DNA from: Lachnospiraceae bacterium
Lineage (GTDB): Bacteria; Bacillota; Clostridia; Lachnospirales; Lachnospiraceae
Direction of reading: 5' to 3'
Length of the DNA stretch: 64,000 bases
Assembly (NCBI GenBank): GCA_017934175.1
Contig: JAGBKB010000002.1
Span: 11,060-75,059 of the forward strand
Shown: positions 16,962-26,862 of the stretch, one piece after another
Layout: the number at the start of each line of letters is the position of its first letter
How positions within the stretch are numbered: the first letter of the stretch is position 1
The notes under the pieces: model-generated
What the model was told of the DNA's origin: nothing
The model's input: only the letters and a program-made list of their open reading frames with translations
Database searches by the model: none
Made by a program: the position numbers and the translations under genes

Positions 16962-16990
16962 ATTATACCCTTTTTTACCATCTAATTCAA
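16962..16990 (-). promoter_or_regulatory. Promoter of the Met leader / metY-metA operon
   Basis: TTGAAT(16990-16985)-17 nt-TATAAT(16967-16962), then 7 nt to the leader ATG. No SD. Confidence 0.6.
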
Positions 16991-17045
16991 TAACTTATAT
17001 TTTATATGTTATATACTATATAAACTGAAAACGCGGCTATAGTCA

Positions 17046-17795
17046 TTATTGTTCAAATTTCATCTCTATAAGTTTCTCTGTATCTTTTCTAATTTTTACA
17101 TGAATTACTATTTGTAATATAAATGCTAATAACATAGTAACAAGTGCTATTAATACTGCTATTTCTTGTACATTTTCAGGAACTCCTTCTTCAAGTCCTG
17201 CATTTTTTACATTCGTAGCATCATAAATTGTGTGAATCAAAATAGGAATTAATAGTGCTTTCACATATAACATTGTTATATTTTTATTTTCAGCTTTGTT
17301 TAATTTATAATATTTTGCCTTACCGATGTAGCTCGCCATTATAGACCCAAGCAACGAATGAAATGTAACTACAACTATTCTTATCACTATAGCTATCAAA
17401 TTTGACCCGTACAAGAATTCTTCAAATATTGTAAATCCCATTCCAACTCCAAATCCAGTAAGCAAATACTCATAAACATTTTTTGGCTTAAATATTTTTA
17501 TGCACAATAAGATAAATAAGCACTTTACAATTTCTTCTGGTAATCCTGCAGCAAAAAATGAAGATAGAATTGAATGCAATGCTAAGTTACTAATGTTATT
17601 TTTGTCATAACCAAGTTTTGAAAGTCCTATTGCAATTAAAATTGTAAGTGCTACAGAAACCACAAGTGATACTACACCAAGTATAACTGGTACAACTGCT
17701 TGAGCCTTACCTATTGATGGTGTTTCCCTTTTTTGCATTTTAAAGTAAATTATGCCAAGTATTATACTAGAAAGTACAAATTGTATTATAGCCAT
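17046..17795 (-). CDS. PrsW-family intramembrane protease
   Basis: 249-aa multi-TM ORF with EEIVK and HTIYD motifs typical of PrsW-like proteases. Confidence 0.7.
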   Translation of the reverse strand: MAIIQFVLSSIILGIIYFKMQKRETPSIGKAQAVVPVILGVVSLVVSVALTILIAIGLSKLGYDKNNISNLALHSILSSFFAAGLPEEIVKCLFILLCIKIFKPKNVYEYLLTGFGVGMGFTIFEEFLYGSNLIAIVIRIVVVTFHSLLGSIMASYIGKAKYYKLNKAENKNITMLYVKALLIPILIHTIYDATNVKNAGLEEGVPENVQEIAVLIALVTMLLAFILQIVIHVKIRKDTEKLIEMKFEQ

Positions 17796-17813
17796 ATAAA
17801 AACCTCCTTATTT

Positions 17814-18482
17814 TTACAACTCATTACTACCATAATTTGTCACCTCGCAAAACTTTTTCTTTTCCGTATCATACATCAATACTGGCACATATCCATTTCT
17901 TTCTGTGTTTCCATCTATGAAATAATGACTTTCGCCATCATAATATATCCCTTTATGTTTGGGGTTGCCAGCCACAGTTGATGCTGCGATATGACCAGCC
18001 ACTATATTTATACAAAACTTACCTGTTTCCGCAGGGAACTTCCCAGTATAAAAATAATCAGAAGTCCCCGCTTCCCAATATTCGCCTGCCTCTTCATCAA
18101 CTCCAGCATGACAAAATACTACTTCATCTTTATAATTATAATACAAATCAAGATGCGAAATAAAATCAAGACATTTTTTATCTCTCTTTTCATCATATTC
18201 TTCATTTACACTAAATTCATCAACAATCACACCACTATCTATTGCACTCTCTTCATGATTTCCCATAAGCATAATAATTCTTGATTTGTATTTCTTTTTT
18301 AGCTCCATAATCTTTTCTACTACACCATAACTATCACCTCCACCATGGATATAGTCTCCACAAAGAACAAGTTTATTATTCTTATCTTCTAAATCAACGA
18401 ATGAAAGTGCATTAAGAAATGCATCAAGACAGCCGTGGATGTCAGACATAGCAAAAATTTTCAAATTATTACTCCTTATCAT
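17814..18482 (-). CDS. Metallophosphoesterase (PPP-family Ser/Thr phosphatase-like)
   Basis: Motifs DIHG, GDYIHGG and GNHE. Confidence 0.85.
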   Translation of the reverse strand: MIRSNNLKIFAMSDIHGCLDAFLNALSFVDLEDKNNKLVLCGDYIHGGGDSYGVVEKIMELKKKYKSRIIMLMGNHEESAIDSGVIVDEFSVNEEYDEKRDKKCLDFISHLDLYYNYKDEVVFCHAGVDEEAGEYWEAGTSDYFYTGKFPAETGKFCINIVAGHIAASTVAGNPKHKGIYYDGESHYFIDGNTERNGYVPVLMYDTEKKKFCEVTNYGSNEL

Positions 18483-18824
18483 CTATTTTTGATTGCTTCT
18501 GTAAATACAATATAGTTAGCAAAGTCTCCAATTGTCTTTCTATCTTGCTCTATTAATTTATTTAACGAAAGTTCTATCCCAATTTGTTTCAAATATCTAA
18601 CATACATTTTTAAACTGTTTATGAACGAATTATGACAGGCTGTTCTATGTGCGTCATTTTTAATTATTTCTGTTCATCAATGACCACTTGGCTCTTATAC
18701 TTGTGTACTCAATAGCTTTATTTAACATATCTTGCCACATCTCAAAAACTTCATCATTTTTATGACAATTATCTACAATTTCATTATAATATTTTTCATT
18801 TTTTTCACAATATATATTTGACAT
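18479..18824 (-). pseudogene. Frameshifted small gene (DUF3232-like), two pieces
   Basis: ORF A (18824-18670) reads MSNIYCEKNEKYYNEIVDNCHKNDEVFEMWQDMLNKAIEYTSIRAKWSLMNRNN. It continues in another frame as ...IIKNDAHRTACHNSFINSLKMYVRYLKQIGIELSLNKLIEQDRKTIGDFANYIVFTEAIKNR, ending in an ATGA overlap with the phosphatase start. The family call is from memory only. Confidence 0.4.
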
Positions 18825-19322
18825 AATTATGGCTCCTAATCATAAATTACTTTATTGACTCATATTTAATTGACAATGGATAATGATCTGATAATTCTAA
18901 AAAATATGTAACAATTATTAACTTTTGCTTTTCTATACTCATTTTTTAGTTTTATAATAGCACATCACTAATATAATTTGTACAAGCATTCATATCAGAA
19001 ACATATCTAAGTGATATTTCAACTTTATGCATATATTTCATTATTTATTGGCATAAGATTATCCGCTTCTTCTCTAGTAAGCCATTTAACACCATTGGCA
19101 TCATCTTTTTCTACTTCTAATAATTTTTTATCAATTATGCTTATCATTTTTTCATCAATTTCATCATATTTGTTTACCATATTATCCTACTTCCAAATAT
19201 CGTTATATACCAATAAAAACATATTTTTAATTGATTTTATTATTAAATTATACAAAAAAATAGCAAATTATTGCAATACTGTATTTAAAACTTGATAATG
19301 TCTAATAAAGTCAAGTTTTTTA

Positions 19323-21770
19323 CTATTTAGCAATTCTTTCTTTTGGCTCTTCTTTATATTTATAACACTCTATTTCTTTTTTATCAAAATAAATATCTAT
19401 CTGCCCGCTCTCACCAGTTTTTAATATTTTAGAACCTGTGTTTAATATAGAATCAATAGTTTCTTGATTTGGGTGTCCATAGTTATTATTTTTCCCATAT
19501 GAAAATACTGAATACTTTGGGGATGCAATGCTAAAAAATTCTGGTAGATTAGAATTCTTCGAGCCGTGATGTGGAACTTTTAATACATCTACATCCATAT
19601 TGCATATTGCAAAATTATCTTTAAGCATTCTATTCATAGTTTTAAATCCTATGTCTCCTGTAAATAATGCCGAATGATTTTTATAGTCAAGTCTAAATGT
19701 AAGTGACATCTCATTTTGGTCTATCTTTTTTGACTTTAACTGTTCTTCGTTTGGACTTAATACTGTTATTGACAAGTTTTCTTTAAATGCTTTCACATCT
19801 TCTTCTTTCATATAATAAACATTTGTAGTAGCAGTATCAGCAGCAAGTCTTAACTTATCAAATTTCTTATCATTAATTGCAGTAATTGGCAAAATAAGAT
19901 TTCGTATTTTTAAATCTTCTTCATTTTCAAGCAAATAAATAATTCCATTAGTATGGTCTGCATCTGCATGAGTAATGTAGGCATAGTCTATATGGTCTAT
20001 AGCACGAGATTTTAAATGTGGAGACAAAATATATTGTCCATTACTTTTATTTGAAGTAGAGCCACCATCTATAGTTAGAATCAAATCTTTTGACTCTATT
20101 AAAATACTGTCACCTTGACCTATAGATAAAAAAGTCATACGCATATCACTGTGAATGCGAACTGAAACTATTAAAACCGAAAGTGCAAGTAAAATTATAC
20201 ATATGAAAATGCGAATAATATTTTGCAATATCAACAACATTGTTCTATTTTTTCTTAAAATAACAATATTATTTACTGCCCAGAAAATCAAAAATAATGC
20301 CACATAAAAATATAATATCTCATAAACTGTCGGGCGACCAAGTATCATAAGATGATGTGGCAACATCTCTACAAACTCACACAGTTTATCATAAATTAAA
20401 AATATTATATGAACAATAAAAACAATAATTTTACCAAGTTGTATATTTATAAAAGAAAATCCGAGGCCCACAAGACCAAAGCCAAGCACAAATGACATAA
20501 GTGGTATCACTATTAGATTTAACAATATGCTATAGAGTGGATAGGTAAAGTAATGATAAATTGTTATAGGAAATAAGAACAATGTGAGAATAATTACTGC
20601 AGGGACACGAGGGTTTTTAAAGTTTACCCCTCTTGCTTGCTTTTTAAACTTCTCTCCTGGCATTGATTTTGCATGAGTAATATCCAAAAGAGAAACATTT
20701 GCCCCAATACTAACTTTATGATTAAGTGCAAATATCGCAACATAAGAAAACTGAAATCCTGCATTAAATATTAGATATGGTCTCATCATTAAAAATATAA
20801 ATGCAATTATATAAAGTGTATTTTTTGAATCGTAAGTTCTACCAATAGACAGTGACAAAAATCTCACAAAAAGCATAGTTATTGCTCTAAGACTCGCGGC
20901 ACTTGCATCTATAAATATACCATACAGCATAATAAAAATTGTCACTAAACTTGCAGAGACATTGACAGATAATTTTTTTCTTAACAATTCAAAAAGTGCT
21001 ACACCAAGAATAGATAAATGAAGACCTGAAATAGCAAGTATATGTGCTATCCCATTATCAGAAAATTGTTTTCTTTGTTCTTTGTCTATGGTTGATTTAT
21101 CACCTGTAACCATAGCAGAAAATAATCCAGCATCTTTTTCATTAAATATTTTTTGTATTTGTGAATTAATAATTACTTTTATTTCATAAATCTTTTGGCG
21201 AAGTTTGTCATAGTTTGCATTTACTACTGTTATATCATTTGCATAAGTCATAAATGTAATGCCATCTGACCTATAAAATAATTTTTGATTGAACTCTCCC
21301 TCATTTGAAGGCTCATCTAAAATAGACACCCCACCGTGAACTTTTATATAATTACCAATCTTAACATCACTTGCAACATCATCACTAAAATAACATCTAC
21401 ATTTCCCTACTGTTAATCCATTTGCTATACAATCATTTAAAATAAAAAAATTGCTATTGGTACTTCGCCCCCTACTCTCTACTTTTCCTGTGATTGTTTT
21501 ATCGCCTCTTCCAAGACTTTCGATATTACTATTCCATGTGTCAAATGTTTTTTCCACATATTTAAATCTCAAAAAACCTAAAGCACCAATTACAATTATC
21601 AAAACAATGGTTCTTACATAAAGTTTGTTTTCAAAAAATAATTTTCCGTATAAAAAAATAGCAATAGTTAAAAGTATCAATAAAAACAATCTTGATACAA
21701 TCCCTGTTGCTATCAAAATGCCAATTATTTCTGCACATAAGAATAAAAATGCAGGTCGCCTAATTTTCAT
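19323..21770 (-). CDS. comEC: DNA internalization competence protein ComEC/Rec2
   Basis: 815-aa ORF with a multi-TM competence domain plus a C-terminal metallo-beta-lactamase fold (HADADH). Confidence 0.9.
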   Translation of the reverse strand: MKIRRPAFLFLCAEIIGILIATGIVSRLFLLILLTIAIFLYGKLFFENKLYVRTIVLIIVIGALGFLRFKYVEKTFDTWNSNIESLGRGDKTITGKVESRGRSTNSNFFILNDCIANGLTVGKCRCYFSDDVASDVKIGNYIKVHGGVSILDEPSNEGEFNQKLFYRSDGITFMTYANDITVVNANYDKLRQKIYEIKVIINSQIQKIFNEKDAGLFSAMVTGDKSTIDKEQRKQFSDNGIAHILAISGLHLSILGVALFELLRKKLSVNVSASLVTIFIMLYGIFIDASAASLRAITMLFVRFLSLSIGRTYDSKNTLYIIAFIFLMMRPYLIFNAGFQFSYVAIFALNHKVSIGANVSLLDITHAKSMPGEKFKKQARGVNFKNPRVPAVIILTLFLFPITIYHYFTYPLYSILLNLIVIPLMSFVLGFGLVGLGFSFINIQLGKIIVFIVHIIFLIYDKLCEFVEMLPHHLMILGRPTVYEILYFYVALFLIFWAVNNIVILRKNRTMLLILQNIIRIFICIILLALSVLIVSVRIHSDMRMTFLSIGQGDSILIESKDLILTIDGGSTSNKSNGQYILSPHLKSRAIDHIDYAYITHADADHTNGIIYLLENEEDLKIRNLILPITAINDKKFDKLRLAADTATTNVYYMKEEDVKAFKENLSITVLSPNEEQLKSKKIDQNEMSLTFRLDYKNHSALFTGDIGFKTMNRMLKDNFAICNMDVDVLKVPHHGSKNSNLPEFFSIASPKYSVFSYGKNNNYGHPNQETIDSILNTGSKILKTGESGQIDIYFDKKEIECYKYKEEPKERIAK

Positions 21771-22629
21771 CCACCTTTTTGTAAATTGCTGCTGCTACTG
21801 CCCCAGCACCGATATGGCAACCGATAACTGTAGACAATTCATCCATCACGACATTAGTGTCAAACACATCTGAAACTTCTGCTTTAAACTTTTCTGCTTC
21901 ATCTACGCACTCTGTATATGCTACCCCTATAACAAAATTATCAATGGGTTCACCTGGGAACATTGAGTTCATATCATTTAATACAAAGTTTAAAATAGAT
22001 TCTTCAGCCGCTTTAAGTCCTCTTGCCTTTTTAACCACTTCAAATTTATTTCCATTACTAAATAGAACTGGTTTTATATTTAAAATACTTCCAACAGTTG
22101 CTGAAAGTGCACTAACTCTTCCACCTTTTTTCAAATAATCAAGTGTATCAACTGCTATGTAGATACGATTATTTTTTGCATTTGCTTCAACTAATTCTTT
22201 GATTCTTTTTAAATCAATTCCTTTGTCAATAAGTCTTTTAACATCAGCAAGCATTCCACATTGCAAAACTGATATTGTTTTATGGTCGATTACTATTACT
22301 CTCTCTTTATATTTTTCATTATTATCTATAACTGGCAAAATACTTTCATAAGAACTTGATAAGCCACTTGTTATAGGAAGATAAACCACATAGTCATTTT
22401 CATTTAAAAGTCTATCAAATGCTTCTGTCACCAGTGGTATAGGTGCTTGAGATGTATGAATATCGCTACTCACTTTCAATTTTTCATAAAACTCTTTTTT
22501 AGTAAGTTTATCTTCATCATACTCTACTTCATCAAGCAAAAACGGAAGAGCAACCATTTCATACCCTAAAGTACTTGCCTCTTCTCTTGATAAACCACTA
22601 CTTGTATCTGTAAGTATCTTAATTTTCAT
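21760..22629 (-). CDS. DegV-family fatty-acid-binding protein
   Basis: 289-aa ORF with typical DegV sequence (MKIKILTDTSSGLS...). TTGTAA-17-TAATAT lies 7 nt upstream of the ATG. Confidence 0.88.
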   Translation of the reverse strand: MKIKILTDTSSGLSREEASTLGYEMVALPFLLDEVEYDEDKLTKKEFYEKLKVSSDIHTSQAPIPLVTEAFDRLLNENDYVVYLPITSGLSSSYESILPVIDNNEKYKERVIVIDHKTISVLQCGMLADVKRLIDKGIDLKRIKELVEANAKNNRIYIAVDTLDYLKKGGRVSALSATVGSILNIKPVLFSNGNKFEVVKKARGLKAAEESILNFVLNDMNSMFPGEPIDNFVIGVAYTECVDEAEKFKAEVSDVFDTNVVMDELSTVIGCHIGAGAVAAAIYKKVDEN

Positions 22630-22666
22630 GAATATAATATTATCATAAAATTATATTTTTTACAAC

Positions 22667-22694
22667 AAAAAAAGAGCGGATAATCTATCCACTC
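22667..22694 (-). terminator. Terminator after ferritin gene
   Basis: Minus strand GAGTGGATA-GAT-TATCCGCTC followed by TTTTTTT. Confidence 0.7.
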
Positions 22695-22730
22695 TACACA
22701 TTTATTTATTAATCATAGATTATAAAGCAA

Positions 22731-23219
22731 TTAATCTCTCTTCCCCATAGCCTTATCTAATTCATAAAGGGCTGCTGGGTCTTTTCCATATTTTTCAAAT
22801 TTGTCAATTAACTCTTGTGCATTTTCTTCTTCTTCGCACTGTTCTTTTATGAACCAATCCATAAATTGCATAGTACGATAATCTTTTTCCTCCATAGCCA
22901 CTTTATAAATGTTGTGAATTAAACTTGTCACATATTGCTCATGCTTTAACCCTTCTTTTAATACTTGAAGTTCATCAGTAAGTGCTACACCTGGCTTTGC
23001 GATAGCAAGAAGTTCTACTGCTTCATTATTTGCATGAATGTAATCGTAAATCTTAAATGCATGCTCCATTTCTTCTTCTGCTTGTTTTTTATACCATGCT
23101 GCAAAACCACCTAAACCTTTTCCTCCCATAAAACCTGAAAAGTCAAGATAAAGATATGCTGAATACATCTCCTTATTTACTTGGTCATTTAATAATGCCT
23201 TTACTTTTTCATTTAACAT
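22731..23219 (-). CDS. Non-heme ferritin
   Basis: 162-aa ferritin-like ORF (LNDQVNKEMYSAYLYL..., EEMEHA). Confidence 0.85.
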   Translation of the reverse strand: MLNEKVKALLNDQVNKEMYSAYLYLDFSGFMGGKGLGGFAAWYKKQAEEEMEHAFKIYDYIHANNEAVELLAIAKPGVALTDELQVLKEGLKHEQYVTSLIHNIYKVAMEEKDYRTMQFMDWFIKEQCEEEENAQELIDKFEKYGKDPAALYELDKAMGKRD

Positions 23220-23240
23220 AATTTTTTCCTCCTATTTTTT

Positions 23241-24278
23241 TTATATAAATAATTCCAGTATTTGTACTGCATTAGTTGCGGCGCCTTTTCTAATCTGGTC
23301 GCCACAGCACCATAGACTTATGCCATTTTCAAATACTAAATCTTTTCTTATTCTTCCAACTTCTACTATATCTTTGTCAGTAGTATTAAGTGGCATAGGA
23401 TATAAATGATTTTGTTTATCATCTACTAATTTAACACCAGCAATTCCTGTAAGTGCCTTTTTAACTTCGTCTACTGTAAGTTTCTTTTCCAAATCAAGAG
23501 TTACTGATATACTATGTGACCTCATAACTGGCACTCTTATACAAGTGCAAGTTACTTTTAAATCTGGTAAATGCATAATTTTTCTTGATTCATTTTGCAT
23601 TTTCATTTCTTCTGTAGTGAAATCATTATCAGTAAATGAACCTATACAAGGAATTAAGTTGTATGCTATCTGATATTTAAATGATTTTGATTCAAAATTG
23701 CAATCAGCCATATTTTCTATTTTATGATTTGGTATATCTTTGTGATTTGCAAGATATTCAACCTGCTCATCAAGAGCCTTCATGCCACCAACTCCTGCTC
23801 CTGAAACTGCTTGATATGTTGAGGCTACTATGCTTTTAATTTTAGAAACCTTATTTATACCATAGATTGCCATATCAGTTATTATAGTAGAACAATTTGG
23901 ATTTGCAATTATTCCTTTGTTGTTCTTTGCATCTTCACCATTTATTTCTGGCACTACAAGTGGAACTTCAGGGTCCATACGAAATGCTGAAGAATTATCT
24001 ATAAATACTGCTCCAGCCTTAACTATTGCAGGTGCATATTGTTTCGCAAAATCTGCTTCTACTGCACCCAAAACAAAATCCATTCCTTCAAATGATTGCT
24101 CAGTAGTTTCTTCTATAGTTATTTCCTTTTCATTACCTGCTATATTAACTTTTATTTTCTTACCAGCAGAATTATTTGATGCAAGAAGTTTCAAATCACA
24201 ATTAATTTTTCTCTCTTCTATGCATTTTATCATTTGCATTCCTACTGCACCTGTTGCTCCTAAAATTGCCAATTTCAT
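23241..24278 (-). CDS. asd: Aspartate-semialdehyde dehydrogenase
   Basis: 345-aa ORF with GATGAVG and the NPNCSTI active-site motif. Confidence 0.93.
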   Translation of the reverse strand: MKLAILGATGAVGMQMIKCIEERKINCDLKLLASNNSAGKKIKVNIAGNEKEITIEETTEQSFEGMDFVLGAVEADFAKQYAPAIVKAGAVFIDNSSAFRMDPEVPLVVPEINGEDAKNNKGIIANPNCSTIITDMAIYGINKVSKIKSIVASTYQAVSGAGVGGMKALDEQVEYLANHKDIPNHKIENMADCNFESKSFKYQIAYNLIPCIGSFTDNDFTTEEMKMQNESRKIMHLPDLKVTCTCIRVPVMRSHSISVTLDLEKKLTVDEVKKALTGIAGVKLVDDKQNHLYPMPLNTTDKDIVEVGRIRKDLVFENGISLWCCGDQIRKGAATNAVQILELFI

Positions 24279-24290
24279 AATTTTGTCTCC

Positions 24291-25613
24291 TTAATCTATA
24301 AATTTTTTATAAATACATTGTATTGCTTTTTCAAACTCACTTCCATCAACTCCAAGCACTATACAAATCTCATCCGAACCCTGTGATATAGTTTTTATGT
24401 TGATGTCATTCGCACCAAGTTCTGCAAAAATCTGACCTGACATACCTCTTTTATTTGCCATTGCACGACCTACTACTGCTATAAGTGCAAGATTTTCATA
24501 TACATGGACATCATCACATTTGAGATTATCTTTAAGTTCTGCAAGTATCTCATATAAAACTTTTTTTACTTTATTGCTCTCTACCACTACACTTACACTG
24601 TCTATACTCGTAGGAACTGACTCAATGCTTATATTAAACTTTTCAAAAATTGATAATACCCTTCTTAAAAATCCGACTTCACTTGCACTGTGATTTTTTA
24701 TGCAAGTAATAACCATAAATCCTTTTTTGCCGGTAATACCTGTTATTGGATATGGAGGATTCTCTTTATCTACTTCTTCACAAGAGAACATAATCATAGT
24801 TCCCGGATTATCAGGGCTATTTGTATTTTTTATATTTATAGGTATCTTCTTTTCTACAACTGGAAATACTGCATCTTCATGAAGCACATTTGCTCCCATA
24901 TAACTCATCTCTCTAAGTTCATTATAAGTAATGGCTCTTATCCTATGTGGGTCGTTTACTATTCGAGGGTCGCAAACTAATATTCCAGACACATCAGTCC
25001 AATTTTCATAGATATCAGCATTTAAAAGATTGGCAAGAATTGAGCCAGTGATGTCAGAACCACCCCTACTCATAACCTTTATTTTGCCATCTGCCATAGA
25101 ACCATAGAAACCTGGGAATACTATTTTTTTATCTGTCTTTATAACTTTTTGCAATGCTTCATTTGTTTTCTCCATATTGATACTTAAATCATAATTAAAC
25201 TTAAAAATGTCTTTTGCATCAACAAACTCTGCATTGAGATATTCCGCAAGCATCCTTGCAGTTAAATATTCCCCTCTTGACACAAGATAGTCTACATCAT
25301 TATCATACTCTATATCTTCTTTTATTTTTTTAAACTCAGCATCTAAATCTATCTTTATTCCAAGAGAATCTTTTATACTGTGATATTTCTTTTCAATCAT
25401 ATCAAAGATATCATCAACAGACACTTTATATTTTATATGAGTGTGAGCAATATAAAGGAGGTCTGTTATTTTATAATCTTCTTTACTCTCTTTACCACAT
25501 GCAGATGTGACAATATACTTTCTTGCAGAATCTGCATCCACTATACCTTTTACTTTTTTAAATTGTTCGGCATTTGCTACTGATGAACCACCGAATTTTA
25601 CAATTTTTACCAT
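24291..25613 (-). CDS. lysC: Aspartate kinase
   Basis: 440-aa ORF with KFGGSSV at the N-terminus and C-terminal ACT domains. Confidence 0.9.
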   Translation of the reverse strand: MVKIVKFGGSSVANAEQFKKVKGIVDADSARKYIVTSACGKESKEDYKITDLLYIAHTHIKYKVSVDDIFDMIEKKYHSIKDSLGIKIDLDAEFKKIKEDIEYDNDVDYLVSRGEYLTARMLAEYLNAEFVDAKDIFKFNYDLSINMEKTNEALQKVIKTDKKIVFPGFYGSMADGKIKVMSRGGSDITGSILANLLNADIYENWTDVSGILVCDPRIVNDPHRIRAITYNELREMSYMGANVLHEDAVFPVVEKKIPINIKNTNSPDNPGTMIMFSCEEVDKENPPYPITGITGKKGFMVITCIKNHSASEVGFLRRVLSIFEKFNISIESVPTSIDSVSVVVESNKVKKVLYEILAELKDNLKCDDVHVYENLALIAVVGRAMANKRGMSGQIFAELGANDINIKTISQGSDEICIVLGVDGSEFEKAIQCIYKKFID

Positions 25614-25664
25614 AATTCTCTCCTATATGTGCCCTTGATATTCTTCCTTATGATTTATATACAA

Positions 25665-26738
25665 TTAATTAATTTTTGCGATAAATGCTATATTATCATT
25701 TCTCATTTCTTTTTCTGTCATACCATCTACAATTTCTACTTTATCATTTTTATATCTTACATAAAACTTATTTTCAAATGCTCCATATTTGACCTGAACT
25801 TTTTCTGTAGTAAGTATAGGTACAACTGCACCTTGCTCTATTCTAATCAAATCTTCTACTACTGAAAAACCGGTTGGAAGTTTTCCTGCACCTTGTCCCT
25901 CAAATGATAACCTTCCTGATGAATCGCAGTATAACTCTACATAGTTAAAATTGAGTGCTACATTTGAAATAGATTGTTCCTTACCAAAGAGTTCTGGCAT
26001 AACTAAAATTATATTAGTACTTCTATCATACTCTGCTATAAGTTTGCAAACCAAATCATGCTCTTTAAAATAATCTATATCTCGCTTTAAAATATTTCTA
26101 ATACCAAATTTTAGAACTCCATCCATAGAAAAGGATTTTTTACTTGCTACATTTGCAGAAATAATTGTTTTATACAGTACATCATCACCATCTATATCAC
26201 TTGATGGGTCTTTTTCTGCATAGCCAAGTTCTTGCACCTGCAAAAGTGCTTCATCAAACTCTAAACTTTCATTGATCATTCTATCTAAAATATAATTAGT
26301 TGAGCCATTGAGTATACCTTTAAATCCTTTCACATCATCTACAAATCCAACTCGAGATAAATTTTCTATCCAAGGGACACCACCACCTACTGATGCTTCA
26401 AATAAGAAATATACATTTCTATCATTTGAAAGATTCATAAGTTCATCATAAAAAGTTGCAACAAGCATCTTATTTGCAGTCACAACATTTTTACCTTTTT
26501 TCATAGCCTCGGTTACAAAATCATATGCTGGTGTAAGTCCACCCATACACTCAACTATTGTATCTATACTATCATCATTTAAAATGCTTTCAATATCATC
26601 TGTCTCAATAGGTAAAGTCATCTGACTTCCTTTTCGCCTATATATTTTTGTTACATTCAAAAAATCAAGACCATTATTTTTTATGATCTCATAAACTCCT
26701 TTTCCTACTGTTCCAAAGCCTAATATCGCAATATTCAT
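25665..26738 (-). CDS. hom: Homoserine dehydrogenase
   Basis: 357-aa ORF with GFGTVGKGV and the homoserine-DH catalytic domain. TGaTATAAT lies 8 nt upstream of the ATG, with no SD. Confidence 0.88.
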   Translation of the reverse strand: MNIAILGFGTVGKGVYEIIKNNGLDFLNVTKIYRRKGSQMTLPIETDDIESILNDDSIDTIVECMGGLTPAYDFVTEAMKKGKNVVTANKMLVATFYDELMNLSNDRNVYFLFEASVGGGVPWIENLSRVGFVDDVKGFKGILNGSTNYILDRMINESLEFDEALLQVQELGYAEKDPSSDIDGDDVLYKTIISANVASKKSFSMDGVLKFGIRNILKRDIDYFKEHDLVCKLIAEYDRSTNIILVMPELFGKEQSISNVALNFNYVELYCDSSGRLSFEGQGAGKLPTGFSVVEDLIRIEQGAVVPILTTEKVQVKYGAFENKFYVRYKNDKVEIVDGMTEKEMRNDNIAFIAKIN

Positions 26739-26810
26739 AGATTTTAATTATATCATAATTTAATAATATATGCCATCTAATTTTATTTTAATTCATATCT
26801 ACTATAATAT

Positions 26811-26842
26811 AATAAAAGCAGGGTTTACATAACAAACCCTGC
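26811..26842 (-). terminator. Terminator after the sugar-locus kinase gene
   Basis: Minus strand GCAGGGTTT-GTTATGT-AAACCCTGC followed by TTTTATTAT. Confidence 0.7.
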
Positions 26843-26862
26843 CCCAATGAAAAAGTTTTTAC

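Noticed and set aside
16811-16990. S-box (SAM-I), SMK-box or Met T-box riboswitch as the explanation for the metY leader, and a T-box or S-box for the 5203-5391 leader.
   Set aside because: The leaders are only about 140-160 nt long. I could not find the S-box core (…AGAGGGA…GGCCC…), the T-box sequence (…GGGTGGTACCGCG-like) or a specifier-loop architecture. The codon-run ORFs explain the layout better. A covariance-model scan is still needed.
19011-19295. A 94-aa plus-strand ORF. A 51-aa minus-strand ORF (19180-19025, MVNKYDEIDEKMISIIDKKLLEVEKDDANGVKWLTREEADNLMPINNEIYA) was considered instead.
   Set aside because: The plus-strand ORF is hydrophobic and low-complexity, with no RBS. The minus-strand small ORF has a weak GGAAGTAGGA RBS and plausible composition, but I have no family evidence, so it is not listed as a feature.
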